This document shows positions 39,698 to 49,532 of a stretch of 64,000 nucleotides of DNA, one piece after another. The translations under genes were made by a program, and so were the position numbers. Positions within the stretch are counted from its first letter, which is position 1, and every line of letters starts with the position of its first letter. The DNA lies in assembly GCA_964473825.1 (NCBI GenBank), contig CAYYQL010000002.1, forward strand, positions 1-64,000, written 5' to 3'. The stretch comes from an uncultured archaeon. Its GTDB lineage: Archaea > Asgardarchaeota > Thorarchaeia > Thorarchaeales > Thorarchaeaceae. Under the pieces are notes generated by a model. The model worked only from the letters and a program-made list of their open reading frames with translations, searched no databases and was not told where the DNA came from.

Positions 39698-40318
39698 ATG
39701 GCGCACCACGATGAAAAACGGATGGACATGGACGTTTGGTGTCCCTTGATTCCACCCCAAGATTTCTCGAAGCTGGAAAGGTATGAGGGTGAATTAGACA
39801 AGGTCAGCAACGCCTATGATGACTGGCAGGCTTTCATGCGTGGTAAGCCCTTCATTGAGACAGATGTTGGTGTTCTCTTAGACCGTATCAGGATGCTCAT
39901 GATTGGGATAGGTGTTGCATGTGCTCAAGACCGAGATTTCGCAGAGGTTGTTCAGTCCATCCTGTCACATAATCTACGGAAGACTGCCATCGAGTTGGTG
40001 GAGAGGGTGTCAGATACAGGCCAGTACGATGGCCGGATAAAGGGAATCCTGACCAATTTCTTCTCTACAATCAAGTTCACTCGAGACCTCTATCCCCGTG
40101 AAGAGATAGAGAAGGCAATGGCGAATTACAGAGATGAACAGGGGGGCGGGACACTGCTCTCATCATTGAAGAAAGCAGCAGCCGAGGCTCGAAAAAACAG
40201 GGACGATGCCGATAGTGAAAGGGAGGAGGCTATACAGGCTGCACTATCTGAGGCTGCGAGTGTAGCAAAACGAATCTACCTCCGTCTTCTCAGCCCCGAC
40301 CCGTGGGGCATTCAATAG
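39698..40318 (+). CDS. hypothetical protein
   Basis: 206-aa helical ORF. Confidence 0.65.
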   Translation: MAHHDEKRMDMDVWCPLIPPQDFSKLERYEGELDKVSNAYDDWQAFMRGKPFIETDVGVLLDRIRMLMIGIGVACAQDRDFAEVVQSILSHNLRKTAIELVERVSDTGQYDGRIKGILTNFFSTIKFTRDLYPREEIEKAMANYRDEQGGGTLLSSLKKAAAEARKNRDDADSEREEAIQAALSEAASVAKRIYLRLLSPDPWGIQ

Positions 40319-40322
40319 GAGT

Positions 40323-40907
40323 TCATTCAATCCGCCTGATGCCAGCCGAAGTCTTGAGGAAGTCCGAGACTGACTTCTTTACACGCTTCCAGTCTGAAGC
40401 AAAGAGGGTGACCGATACCTTCCCTTGACCAATATGTAGTTCAATGAAGCTGGCCTCTTTTCTACCTCCCCTACCTCCTGTGGCACCAGTGATGGTCCCG
40501 GGATTGAGCAAGAGGCGACTCTTGCAGAGGTCAATAGAGGAATCATGAGTATGGCCATGAATAGCAATATCGGCTCCGACTTGCTGGGCTATCTCCCAGA
40601 GCTCGGATATGCTTCCGCGGGGGCTCAGCTGAGTGCCATGAATGAGAAGAATATGGAACTCCTCAATATCCATGGTCTTCTGGAAGTCATGCTCACCACC
40701 AAAGTCCATGTTACCATGGACCATATGACTCGGAGGAAGGGGAGGAAGACTGTTTCGCATCGCCTGCTCTTGGACTAAGTCGCCCGTTATCAGGGCCAGG
40801 TCGTAGTCGGTATCCTCAATATGACAGTAAAACTCCTCAGGAATTGAAGTGGCCCTGGTGGGAATGTGCGTGTCCCCAAAGACTAAGATCCTCTTCAACT
40901 CAGCCAT
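40323..40907 (-). CDS. Vps29/YfcE-family metallophosphoesterase
   Basis: GDTHIP, TGDLV, HGNMD, IHG, GHTH, NPGTITGA. Confidence 0.88.
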   Translation of the reverse strand: MAELKRILVFGDTHIPTRATSIPEEFYCHIEDTDYDLALITGDLVQEQAMRNSLPPLPPSHMVHGNMDFGGEHDFQKTMDIEEFHILLIHGTQLSPRGSISELWEIAQQVGADIAIHGHTHDSSIDLCKSRLLLNPGTITGATGGRGGRKEASFIELHIGQGKVSVTLFASDWKRVKKSVSDFLKTSAGIRRIE

Positions 40908-40910
40908 GCC

Positions 40911-43139
40911 TCATGAGGATATTCGCGCCTCAGTAAGATGGTCAAGTATCTTGGAGAAGACCTCTTTCTTGGGTCCCTTGGCCAGTTTGGCAAGACGCTC
41001 TACTATCAGTTCAGGGGTGCTTCTTGCTAAATATCCAAACCTCGGCGTTCGATCCACTATCAGCTCCAGTTCCTGATTGAGGCCCTTGGCCTCGATACCA
41101 TCAATCCGAACAGGAACCTGAGCGACCTCCTTTATCTCGCGAGCAAGATGACTACAAATGACTGTTGCACTGTTCGGGTCGTCTTGAAGAATCTCGATGA
41201 GTCCTGCAATCACATTGGCCGCACTGCCTGGTTCTGTGATAGCCTCTACCTCGTCGAAGAGTACTAGTTTTGACCTATCTGACACTACAATGTCAGCAAA
41301 TTGCTCTAAGGTTGTTTCAAAGGCCCCTGCATTCACCATTCCCTTACTCTTGTAGAAGAAGAAGAGTTCCTCAAAGACTCTCAGATGTACTTCTTCAGCA
41401 GGGACAGGGAGGCCGGTCTGTGCCATGGTGACTATCTGTGCAAGTGTCTGAATCGTGGTAGTCTTGCCACCGCTATTTGCTCCCGACAGGATCGCGCAGT
41501 TCTCACCATTGGTACCCTCAGGTCGGATGGGCGTGACTCCAATGGCGTAGTCGATAGGCTGGACCGGGCCATGTTTGCCCTTCAGCATGCTCTCAACCAG
41601 AAAGAGATTGCGCGCGTTCCTGACACCCACACCTGAGTACTCCAGTGAGATCTCAGGAAGGTGAAGATCATATTCTCTGGCAAACAGACCAACTGCCAGA
41701 AACAGGTCGAACTCAAGCAGCGTCTGTACCGCCTTGTCAACTGGATCCCTCAGCTGGTCCAGCTCGCCTGCTATTTTTTTGATGATTCTGAATTGTTTCT
41801 CAGCAAAGAGGCGCCTGAGGCGGTCTTCTAGCTCGTTGATTCGGGTAGCAACCATCTGGACAGGAAGTGAAATCTCTTCGCTGATTATACCCGTTACCCA
41901 GTCCGCCTCACGAGGTGTGAGCCCGAGCATATTGACCAGGCGATTTTCGGCCTCTTGGATTGTGGTCGTGAAAGTTTCTACTATCTCTGCGGGCAGCATG
42001 TTTCTCAGTGCCCCAGCATCTGCACCATCCATATCAGCGGACTGCAAAATACTGATAATCTGTTGTCCTCCAAGCGTCACTTCGCTACTGGATATTCTCG
42101 AGTTTATCTCATCATTTAGCCATGCTTCGACCTCTGCGATAGCTGTTGGGAATGCTTTCACTGACTTCCTAAATCGATCGAGCTCGCTATTGACCCCCAT
42201 AGCTATGGAACCAGATTCGTCTATGAAGTCCAGTAGTTCACTGACCTTTGTCAGGCTCTCAAAGTCTAGGCCATCTATGAATTGCTGGACGGTCGTGTTT
42301 GAAGGAATGCTCTTGAAAATCGTGGCTATCTCACATGCAGCATCAATGACACGATAATTCTTGGAGTAGAAACTCACCGTCTGCTCGGGGATGATATCTC
42401 CTACTTTCCAGTCTTTGCCAATGATTTCAACATTCTCCATCAAATCCAGCGAGTCATCATATACTCCATATGGAGAGATATACATCACAAGATCGTAACC
42501 CTGAGCGTAATCGGTTGCACTCTCATCTTCGGACAGAATATAGACTGGGCACCATTTGTCAACTTTCTCCTCCACCAGTCTATCAAAGGTCTTCTCGTCA
42601 TTGGTGAGGACAACTCGACCATCCAAGCGTTGGTGCTGTATCCTCTTGAAGAGAGCTCGCACTTGACCCAAGTTCTTTCGAAGCTGTGCTTTCTGGTCCT
42701 CCGTCAATCCTTGGGCCATCTCCAATGCATCAGCAAAATACGCTTGACGTTCTCGAATCACGTCAATCTTGTCAGGGGGAAGTGGAAAGTACAAGACTAG
42801 CTTGTCCTTGGCATAAGTCGTATTGGTATATCCCCGGATAATGTCCAGGATAGACTCGAAGATTCTTCGGATATCATGGCTTCGCATAATGGTATACGAG
42901 TTGGCGCCAAACTCGTGCTCAAACGCACCCTTCACAATATTGACAGCTTGACGGTCACCTATTCCCGGTACAGCAGCTACAAGGTCAACTCGAGAGTCCA
43001 TAATAACCTTGAGTGCAACGGCTTCGTTTCCGAAGTGCTCTATGAGAGCTTGCTTCATCTTCTTGCCCACACCAGGAATGTCAGATAGATTAGATATACT
43101 CACTCTAAGTTCCCCTGTAGCTAAGGCTGTCTTTTGCAT
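40911..43139 (-). CDS. archaeal MutS-related ATPase with N-terminal HhH motifs
   Basis: IPGVGKK and VPGIGDR HhH motifs; SGANSGGKTT, AGAFE, LFDEVEAITEPG, SHL. Confidence 0.88.
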   Translation of the reverse strand: MQKTALATGELRVSISNLSDIPGVGKKMKQALIEHFGNEAVALKVIMDSRVDLVAAVPGIGDRQAVNIVKGAFEHEFGANSYTIMRSHDIRRIFESILDIIRGYTNTTYAKDKLVLYFPLPPDKIDVIRERQAYFADALEMAQGLTEDQKAQLRKNLGQVRALFKRIQHQRLDGRVVLTNDEKTFDRLVEEKVDKWCPVYILSEDESATDYAQGYDLVMYISPYGVYDDSLDLMENVEIIGKDWKVGDIIPEQTVSFYSKNYRVIDAACEIATIFKSIPSNTTVQQFIDGLDFESLTKVSELLDFIDESGSIAMGVNSELDRFRKSVKAFPTAIAEVEAWLNDEINSRISSSEVTLGGQQIISILQSADMDGADAGALRNMLPAEIVETFTTTIQEAENRLVNMLGLTPREADWVTGIISEEISLPVQMVATRINELEDRLRRLFAEKQFRIIKKIAGELDQLRDPVDKAVQTLLEFDLFLAVGLFAREYDLHLPEISLEYSGVGVRNARNLFLVESMLKGKHGPVQPIDYAIGVTPIRPEGTNGENCAILSGANSGGKTTTIQTLAQIVTMAQTGLPVPAEEVHLRVFEELFFFYKSKGMVNAGAFETTLEQFADIVVSDRSKLVLFDEVEAITEPGSAANVIAGLIEILQDDPNSATVICSHLAREIKEVAQVPVRIDGIEAKGLNQELELIVDRTPRFGYLARSTPELIVERLAKLAKGPKKEVFSKILDHLTEARISS

Positions 43140-43211
43140 TCATGATGCTTGTCCTAAAAACGTTGACTCTCGGTCAAATGGAGAGAGCAGCATCTGCTCA
43201 TTCTCTTCTGG

Positions 43212-44347
43212 CTAGTATCCAAGATCGAGATCAACGATGTTTAGCGGCTTCTCACCATGAATAAACCGTAGGAGATTCTTCCCTACGAATCTAATCTGGT
43301 CATGCATTATATGCTCCGAGTAGGCGCCCCTATGTGGGGAGACCACAATATTATCTAGTTCGTGAAAAGGGGCTCTGTAAAATAACTCTCATATTGTTCA
43401 CGAAATGAATTCTGTGAACAACGAAATGGGTCTCTTCTGATAGTTTTGAGTTGCTCCATACAAGTTTTCCTTTATCTAAGCCATGTGAACTCGATTTATT
43501 TTACAGGTCCGTGAAAAGGGAAGTGCTTAGAAGGAAGAACACCTGACCCACCCCACTGTTGCGGGTAATCCCACCAGACATCAAGAGCGGCACCACGTAT
43601 TCGTTTCTCGTCTAGGGCATGAAAGAGTGCCTCTTCATCAACGATGTGTGCTCTTGAAACGTTCACCAATACTGATGTTTTCTTCATCCACGACAGAAAC
43701 TCATCATCCACCAGCTTGCGGGTCTCTTGGGTTAGAGGCAGGGTCAGAAACACAAAGTCCGAATCCGATACTGCCTGTGCTATCTCTTCAGGACCAAGCA
43801 TCTTATCCACTAGATGTGCATGTGGCGACTGACCAGACCGTGTCACAGCCTTCAAGTGGACATCGAAGCATTGAAGACGTTTCGCCAGTTCAGTACCTAC
43901 ACTTCCTAACCCAACGATTAGCACCTGCTTATGCCGAATCTCGATATTGGGACTGGAACCTCCCCAACCATATCTCCAGTTACCGCTGCGCAGCTCCCTA
44001 TCATTCACGATGATATTCTTTGTGACAGCCAAGAGAAGCATGAGTGCATACTCTGCAACCTCTGCGGCATTGACATGAGAATTACACACGAGAACGTCAC
44101 CTCGTTCACGCACTGCGTCAAGATCTATCTTGTCGATACCGGCTCCAAACGCTTGTATCATCCTGAGTTGCTCAGCACGTTCTATGTACTCCCTTGGGAC
44201 ACGACCTGAAGCGACAGCAACGGCATCATGCCCCTTCTCGAGCATATCCTCAGCCGTGCGTTCGGATTGCACAATCTCAGCCTGCGATCCGACTGTTTCT
44301 CGAATTTGTTCTACTATGTCATTGCCATACGGAACCAGTATCTTCAT
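43212..44347 (-). pseudogene. D-2-hydroxyacid dehydrogenase interrupted by a MITE
   Basis: GAGID, GLGSVG, LPLT, NVSR, ALDVWW; the frame resumes beyond the insert as PFHELDNIVVSPHRGAY...VDLDLGY* (stop at 43212). Confidence 0.9.
43371..43510. mobile_element. 140-bp MITE (type A) with IS5/IS903-like ends
   Basis: TIRs GGCTCTGTAAAATAA / TTATTTTACAGGTCC; 9-bp TSD GTGAAAAGG at 43362-43370 and 43511-43519; second copy at 61127-61266. Confidence 0.93.
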
Positions 44348-44435
44348 CGTGGAACTCTCCCAAAACCCCAAGAGATTAGCCAAGACAGGTGATAAATGAT
44401 TTCTAAGATGGGTCGCAGAGCCGTCCGTTTCACTG

Positions 44436-45917
44436 CTAGTATGATCTCGCCACATAGACAATGGCTTCAGCTGGCTTCCCACATACCACACAAACGCCGT
44501 CAGCCTTATCATCTACGTCGATTCGGGTGCCGAGGACATCTCCAGCAGTCTTGTCCTTAATCTCTTCGGCGCAGTGAAGACCATCCATATCGGTGCTGCA
44601 GAATTGTATTCTTGCAATCTTGCCATCTTCCATTGCATCTTGAATCCCGCCAATTGTTTCTACATCCACGATAAGATTCTCGAATTTCGACTCGGCTTGA
44701 GAACGAAGTGTCTTATCAATCTCAGCACCAAGCTCCTCAGTGAAAGCTACCACTCTGTCCAAAGGGATGGTTTCTCGTTCAAGGAGGTCTCGTCGAAAGA
44801 CAGATACTTTCTTCTGTTTTACCTCCCTAGGACCCACTTCCATTCGTATTGGAACGCCCTTCATCTCCCAGTGGTTGTATTTCCAGCCCGGTGTAGAGTC
44901 ATCATCGTCAAGATGGACGCGGATGCCAGCGGCGGATAGCGTTCCCTCCAATTCTCTACAATAGTCCAGCACTTCGTCTATGTCATCACCTCTAAAGATG
45001 GGCACAATAACGACTTGGTAAGGGGCGAGCCGATAGGGCAATCTAAGGCCCCGGTTGTCCCCATGAATCGAAATCATGGCGCCGTAGATTCGTGATATTG
45101 CAGGACCGTAACAGGTCTGCCAAGCATATACAGGTTCATTGTTCTCATCCACATACTTCACGTCGAAAGCGCGAGCGAAGTTGTCGCCTAAATCGTGTGT
45201 GGATGGAAGCTGGATGACCTTCCCGTCAGGCATGAGTGTGTCTGCCGCGTATGTATTCAGTCCACCAGGGAATTTGTCCCATTGGGTTCTCTTGAACACC
45301 ATCACGGGAATTCCGTAGTACTCTGTCACAACCTCCTTGGTGGTTTCGAGATCTTCCATGACCTGTTCCTTTGCCTCTTCATGGGTCGCAAAGACATTGT
45401 GAGACTCTATCCAGAGGAACTCTCTCCCTCTGAGAAACGGACGGGTACTCTTTACCTCGGAACGAAAGACGGTGCATCGTTGATAGCGTTTCATGGGTAA
45501 GTCGCGCCAGCTTCGAACCCAGAGAGAATACATCGGATATATTGCAGTCTCGCTGGTTGGCCTGAGGGCCAGTCGTTCCTCCAGTTCTTCTTGATCCCCG
45601 ATCTCACTGATCCAGAAGACCTGTGGGGTGAACCCTTCAACGTGGTCAGCCTCTCGTGTAAGATTGCTCTCAGGAATCACAGTGGGAAATATCATGGGTT
45701 GGTGACCTTTTCGATGGAGCACTGATTCGAGGAGGGCAAACATGATCTCCATCGAGATAACACTCCAGGGCATGAAGGGTGTAAACCCTTTCACACCATA
45801 CCTGATGTCAGCCAGTTCCGCGACTTTGCAAATCTCTCCAAACCAGTTCGGAAAGTCCTCGGTCTTATCGATGTCGAATATGACCTGTCTTGAGTCGCTC
45901 TTGTCATCATCGTTCAT
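44436..45917 (-). CDS. proS: prolyl-tRNA synthetase (archaeal/eukaryotic type)
   Basis: HVEGF, RPTSET, RPFLRGREFLW, GWKYNHWEMKGVP, YVARSY. Confidence 0.96.
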   Translation of the reverse strand: MNDDDKSDSRQVIFDIDKTEDFPNWFGEICKVAELADIRYGVKGFTPFMPWSVISMEIMFALLESVLHRKGHQPMIFPTVIPESNLTREADHVEGFTPQVFWISEIGDQEELEERLALRPTSETAIYPMYSLWVRSWRDLPMKRYQRCTVFRSEVKSTRPFLRGREFLWIESHNVFATHEEAKEQVMEDLETTKEVVTEYYGIPVMVFKRTQWDKFPGGLNTYAADTLMPDGKVIQLPSTHDLGDNFARAFDVKYVDENNEPVYAWQTCYGPAISRIYGAMISIHGDNRGLRLPYRLAPYQVVIVPIFRGDDIDEVLDYCRELEGTLSAAGIRVHLDDDDSTPGWKYNHWEMKGVPIRMEVGPREVKQKKVSVFRRDLLERETIPLDRVVAFTEELGAEIDKTLRSQAESKFENLIVDVETIGGIQDAMEDGKIARIQFCSTDMDGLHCAEEIKDKTAGDVLGTRIDVDDKADGVCVVCGKPAEAIVYVARSY

Positions 45918-46070
45918 TCTATCATCCTCACAGATTTGCTAGAAGCGGAGAACAGACTGGAATACAGAAGGAGTCTATTGGAGGTGTGGAACGTATTCAC
46001 CTTGTGTCATTGTGCATTCTCCAATTTGTGCATCGATATGTACGCCTTATAAACTGTAGCTTACTAGTCG

Positions 46071-46592
46071 TCATCGCTTTGTCGTGGTCTCACCTACTTC
46101 TCTGATTCTTTCATCAAGTTTCCGGTCCTTAATCAACTTGGCAACAACTGGTGGAACAAGATGCTCCCAATCACCGCCCTCTCTAATCAGACTACGGATG
46201 TGGCTTCCGCTGTAGGTCTTTCGTTTGAGAAGATCGGTTTCGTCAATTTCGATGCCTGCATCCTTGAAGAGGCTTCTTACAAGGGGATTGTGCGTGTATG
46301 CCAGATCGAAAGGTGGTACGTAACTCTTCAAGTGGGAAACCCAGAGAGGATGGATGTGAATGTCTGATAGAGGGATAATATCAATGCGGTCTAATGGAAG
46401 ACTCTCAGCAATCAGGGTCCTCTTGATTAGATGGACTCGTTCACCACCACTGAATGGGTTGTCTGGCGTGTGCGAATACTGTGAGCTACCGATGACTATT
46501 ATCAGGTCCTGTTCTCTATCGAGAATCTGAGTTATGGTATGGAGATGGCCCTTATGGATGGGCTGGAATCTCCCTATGAAGACAGATCGCAT
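46071..46592 (-). CDS. nadM: nicotinamide-nucleotide adenylyltransferase
   Basis: IGRFQPIHKGH, IGSSQ.SHT.DNPF..GER, SGSHIR. Confidence 0.93.
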   Translation of the reverse strand: MRSVFIGRFQPIHKGHLHTITQILDREQDLIIVIGSSQYSHTPDNPFSGGERVHLIKRTLIAESLPLDRIDIIPLSDIHIHPLWVSHLKSYVPPFDLAYTHNPLVRSLFKDAGIEIDETDLLKRKTYSGSHIRSLIREGGDWEHLVPPVVAKLIKDRKLDERIREVGETTTKR

Positions 46593-46703
46593 ATTGACCA
46601 CATAATGCTGATGCTTGTACCACATAAGGATTCTGAAGCCATGTCTTGGTAATCCATGAAAGGGCTTAACAGTATGTCAACCAGATTAGTCATGGATAGT
46701 ACA

Positions 46704-47771
46704 ATGATTGAGATTGATGGCTCGTACGGCGAAGGAGGCGGACAGATCCTCCGTACCACTGTGGCTCTGTCAGCCCTCACAATGAAACCTGTCAAGGTCA
46801 CCAACATCAGGGCGGGGCGCAAGACTCCTGGGCTCAGAAATCAGCATATTGCCGGCATTAAACTTACGGGTCAGCTGGTCGACGCGGAAACGGCGGGCCT
46901 CTCTGAGGGAAGCATGGAGATTCAGTTCAGACCTCGCGAGAGAAAGGGAGGGAAATTCACATATGATATAGGCACCGCGGGATCCATATCACTGGTTCTG
47001 CAGGCCGTCATCCCTGCAGCGGTATTTGCCCCTGAACCAGTCGAATTTGAGATACGGGGCGGCACAGATGTGGCATGGAGCCCACCCATTGATTATATGA
47101 AGAATGTATTCGTTCCGATGGTCCGACATTTTGGTGTTAACGTTTCAATCGAGGTGATACGCAGAGGGCACTATCCGAAAGGTGGAGGACTTGTGAGATG
47201 TCACGTGGAGCCAACAACCGAGATAATATCAAAAGACATGGTAGAATTCGGTGAACTACATAAGGTGCTGGGAATATCCCATTGCGTCAGATTGCCGCGT
47301 CATGTCGCTAAGAGACAATCCAAGACTGCGGAAACGAATTTACGACACAAGGGGGTATCAGACATTGAAATTAAAATCGAGAGTTACTCTAAGGATGAAG
47401 ATCCGCATCTTGGTCCAGGCTCTGGTATAGTAATCTGGGCTGAATCTAACGATGGATTCCGAATTGGAGGTGACAGCCTTGGAGCTCGTGGAAAGCCCGC
47501 TGAGAAAGTGGGAGAGGAGGCTGCATATCGTCTTATCGATGCGCTCTCAACAGGGATGGCAGTGGATTCCAATCTTGGAGATATGCTCGTTCCCTACATG
47601 GCACTCAGCAGTGACGAAACGCGGATAGGGCTTGCAGAGATCACAAGACATCTGAAGACGAACGTGTGGGTTGTTGAGAGGATTCTTGGCTGTTCTACAA
47701 CACTGGAGGGAGAACTAGGTCGTAGCGGCATTCTCTCAGTTGCCGGAACCGGACCACTTCTCTCTGATTGA
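46704..47771 (+). CDS. rtcA: RNA 3'-terminal phosphate cyclase
   Basis: IDGSYGEGGGQILR, PGLRNQH, GGTDVAWSP, RGHYPKGGG, TRHLKTN. Confidence 0.95.
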   Translation: MIEIDGSYGEGGGQILRTTVALSALTMKPVKVTNIRAGRKTPGLRNQHIAGIKLTGQLVDAETAGLSEGSMEIQFRPRERKGGKFTYDIGTAGSISLVLQAVIPAAVFAPEPVEFEIRGGTDVAWSPPIDYMKNVFVPMVRHFGVNVSIEVIRRGHYPKGGGLVRCHVEPTTEIISKDMVEFGELHKVLGISHCVRLPRHVAKRQSKTAETNLRHKGVSDIEIKIESYSKDEDPHLGPGSGIVIWAESNDGFRIGGDSLGARGKPAEKVGEEAAYRLIDALSTGMAVDSNLGDMLVPYMALSSDETRIGLAEITRHLKTNVWVVERILGCSTTLEGELGRSGILSVAGTGPLLSD

Positions 47772-48809
47772 TTCCAGATACTCGTCAATGGCCTGCTGCA
47801 TAGGTTCAACATCAATCTCATCAAGTGCAGTCTTCATCAGTGTGTCAACACCCTTTCCTTCGGTTGCGACAATCTCGATTGCGCCAGGTAGTTTCTCCCT
47901 TGCAATCTCTAGTCTATCAGGAGGGGTAATGTCAACCTTATTGAAGGCGACGATGATGGGACTCAAAGGAAACATTCTCCGAACCTCATTGTATAGGTTG
48001 ATCTGTGCGTCAATAGACCAGCCACAGGCCTCAGACGGGTCTAAGAGAAATAGTATCACTTGAGCAAGATATTTCAGGGCGGCAATTGCCTCCCTTTCGA
48101 TCTCGTTTCGATCTGACATGGGGCGATCCAGTATTCCGGGAGTGTCAACCACCTGTATCTGATGTCCCTCCATGGTCAGATGACCTACAATCACCTCTTT
48201 GGTCGTGAATGGGTAGTAAGCAACCTCAGGAGTGGCTGTAGAAACGCCTCGAACGAGTGTTGACTTTCCTACATTCGGGAATCCCGCACATACCAAAGTG
48301 GGAGAAAGAGGGCTGACCCCAGGGAGCCGGGCGAGTTTTCTCTTGGCATCAATGATGAAGTCCAAGTTTTCTGCAGTATCTCGCACTATGGATGCAATTC
48401 GCCCTTTTGCCGCACTTCGGAGACGTTTCATCTTTCGCGAGTCTTCAGCGAGTTTAAGAGCCTCGATATGATCATCAGCAATAGCATTGATGGGGGGAAT
48501 ACAGTTGTACACGGATCCAAGTGACTGCTTCAGCTTGTCAGTACCCACGATGATCTCTGCAAGTTCGCGGTAGAAGGGATGAAGCCTATCAAGAGAAGGA
48601 AACTCTTCTACGGCAATCTTGAGTTTGGTCTTTACTTGCTTCACGAACTCCTGTACACGACCAATCTCTCGGATCTTGGCACGTTGTTCTCGTGTGATTC
48701 GGAGTGAGCTCTTCCTACTTATCTTCTTGGACTTTCTGTGCGCAAACTCTATGATTTCATCTGCCTTCATCACTGTTGGCATACTGGCGAAAGGATTGAG
48801 TTTGCGCAT
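47736..48809 (-). CDS. NOG1-family GTPase
   Basis: LHPFYREL, GFPNVGKS, YPFTTK, DTPGILDRP, NKVD. Confidence 0.92.
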   Translation of the reverse strand: MRKLNPFASMPTVMKADEIIEFAHRKSKKISRKSSLRITREQRAKIREIGRVQEFVKQVKTKLKIAVEEFPSLDRLHPFYRELAEIIVGTDKLKQSLGSVYNCIPPINAIADDHIEALKLAEDSRKMKRLRSAAKGRIASIVRDTAENLDFIIDAKRKLARLPGVSPLSPTLVCAGFPNVGKSTLVRGVSTATPEVAYYPFTTKEVIVGHLTMEGHQIQVVDTPGILDRPMSDRNEIEREAIAALKYLAQVILFLLDPSEACGWSIDAQINLYNEVRRMFPLSPIIVAFNKVDITPPDRLEIAREKLPGAIEIVATEGKGVDTLMKTALDEIDVEPMQQAIDEYLESIREKWSGSGN

Positions 48810-48922
48810 TCTTATCACATCGGGAGGAATCGGTCCCACAGTATTGGTGTTAAGTAAACGTTTTAAAAAGGAATGGAACTGACCATAGCTAACTGAATAA
48901 AGGCGTCGGAGGCCACAGACTA

Positions 48923-49516
48923 ATGTCACTCCCAACAGGTGCAACCGTAGTAGGAATCAAGTGTAAGGACGGCGTGGTAGTAGCTACTGATTCACTCATT
49001 AGCTGGGGAACAATGATTCTAACAGATAAGGGAGTCAAGGCATTCAAGCTGACAGACACCATCGTTCTGGCATCTGCTGGACTCACCTCAGACTACCAGA
49101 TGCTAGTCAATCGGCTCAAGGCTCAAATTAAGTTGTATGAGATGAGAGAGAAGAAGGACATGAGTGTGAAGGCACTGGCCAAGATGGTTGCAAACACTCT
49201 CTACGCGCGGAGATTCGCTCCTCTTTTCGTTCAGACTGTCATAGTTGGGGTTGATGATGACGGTCCTGCGCTGTATTCACTAGACATGGGTGGATCACTC
49301 CTGCCAGAAGATGTCACCGCAGCAGGAAGTGGGACCCAGATGGCGTTCGGTGTTCTTGAGAAGATGTATGAAGAGGATCTGACTGTCAAGGATGCCGAGG
49401 ATATTGCTGCACAGGCGGTTCGAGCAGGGATTGCCCGTGATGCCCAGTCAGGCGGGAAGATTCATCTCATGATTGTGACTGAGAAGGGCGTCAAAGAGAA
49501 GAGCCTAGAACACTGA
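48923..49516 (+). CDS. psmB: proteasome beta subunit (probably non-catalytic)
   Basis: GATVVGIKCKDGVVVATD, GSG, RDAQSG. Confidence 0.92.
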   Translation: MSLPTGATVVGIKCKDGVVVATDSLISWGTMILTDKGVKAFKLTDTIVLASAGLTSDYQMLVNRLKAQIKLYEMREKKDMSVKALAKMVANTLYARRFAPLFVQTVIVGVDDDGPALYSLDMGGSLLPEDVTAAGSGTQMAFGVLEKMYEEDLTVKDAEDIAAQAVRAGIARDAQSGGKIHLMIVTEKGVKEKSLEH

Positions 49517-49532
49517 AGATTGTGTCCCAATA

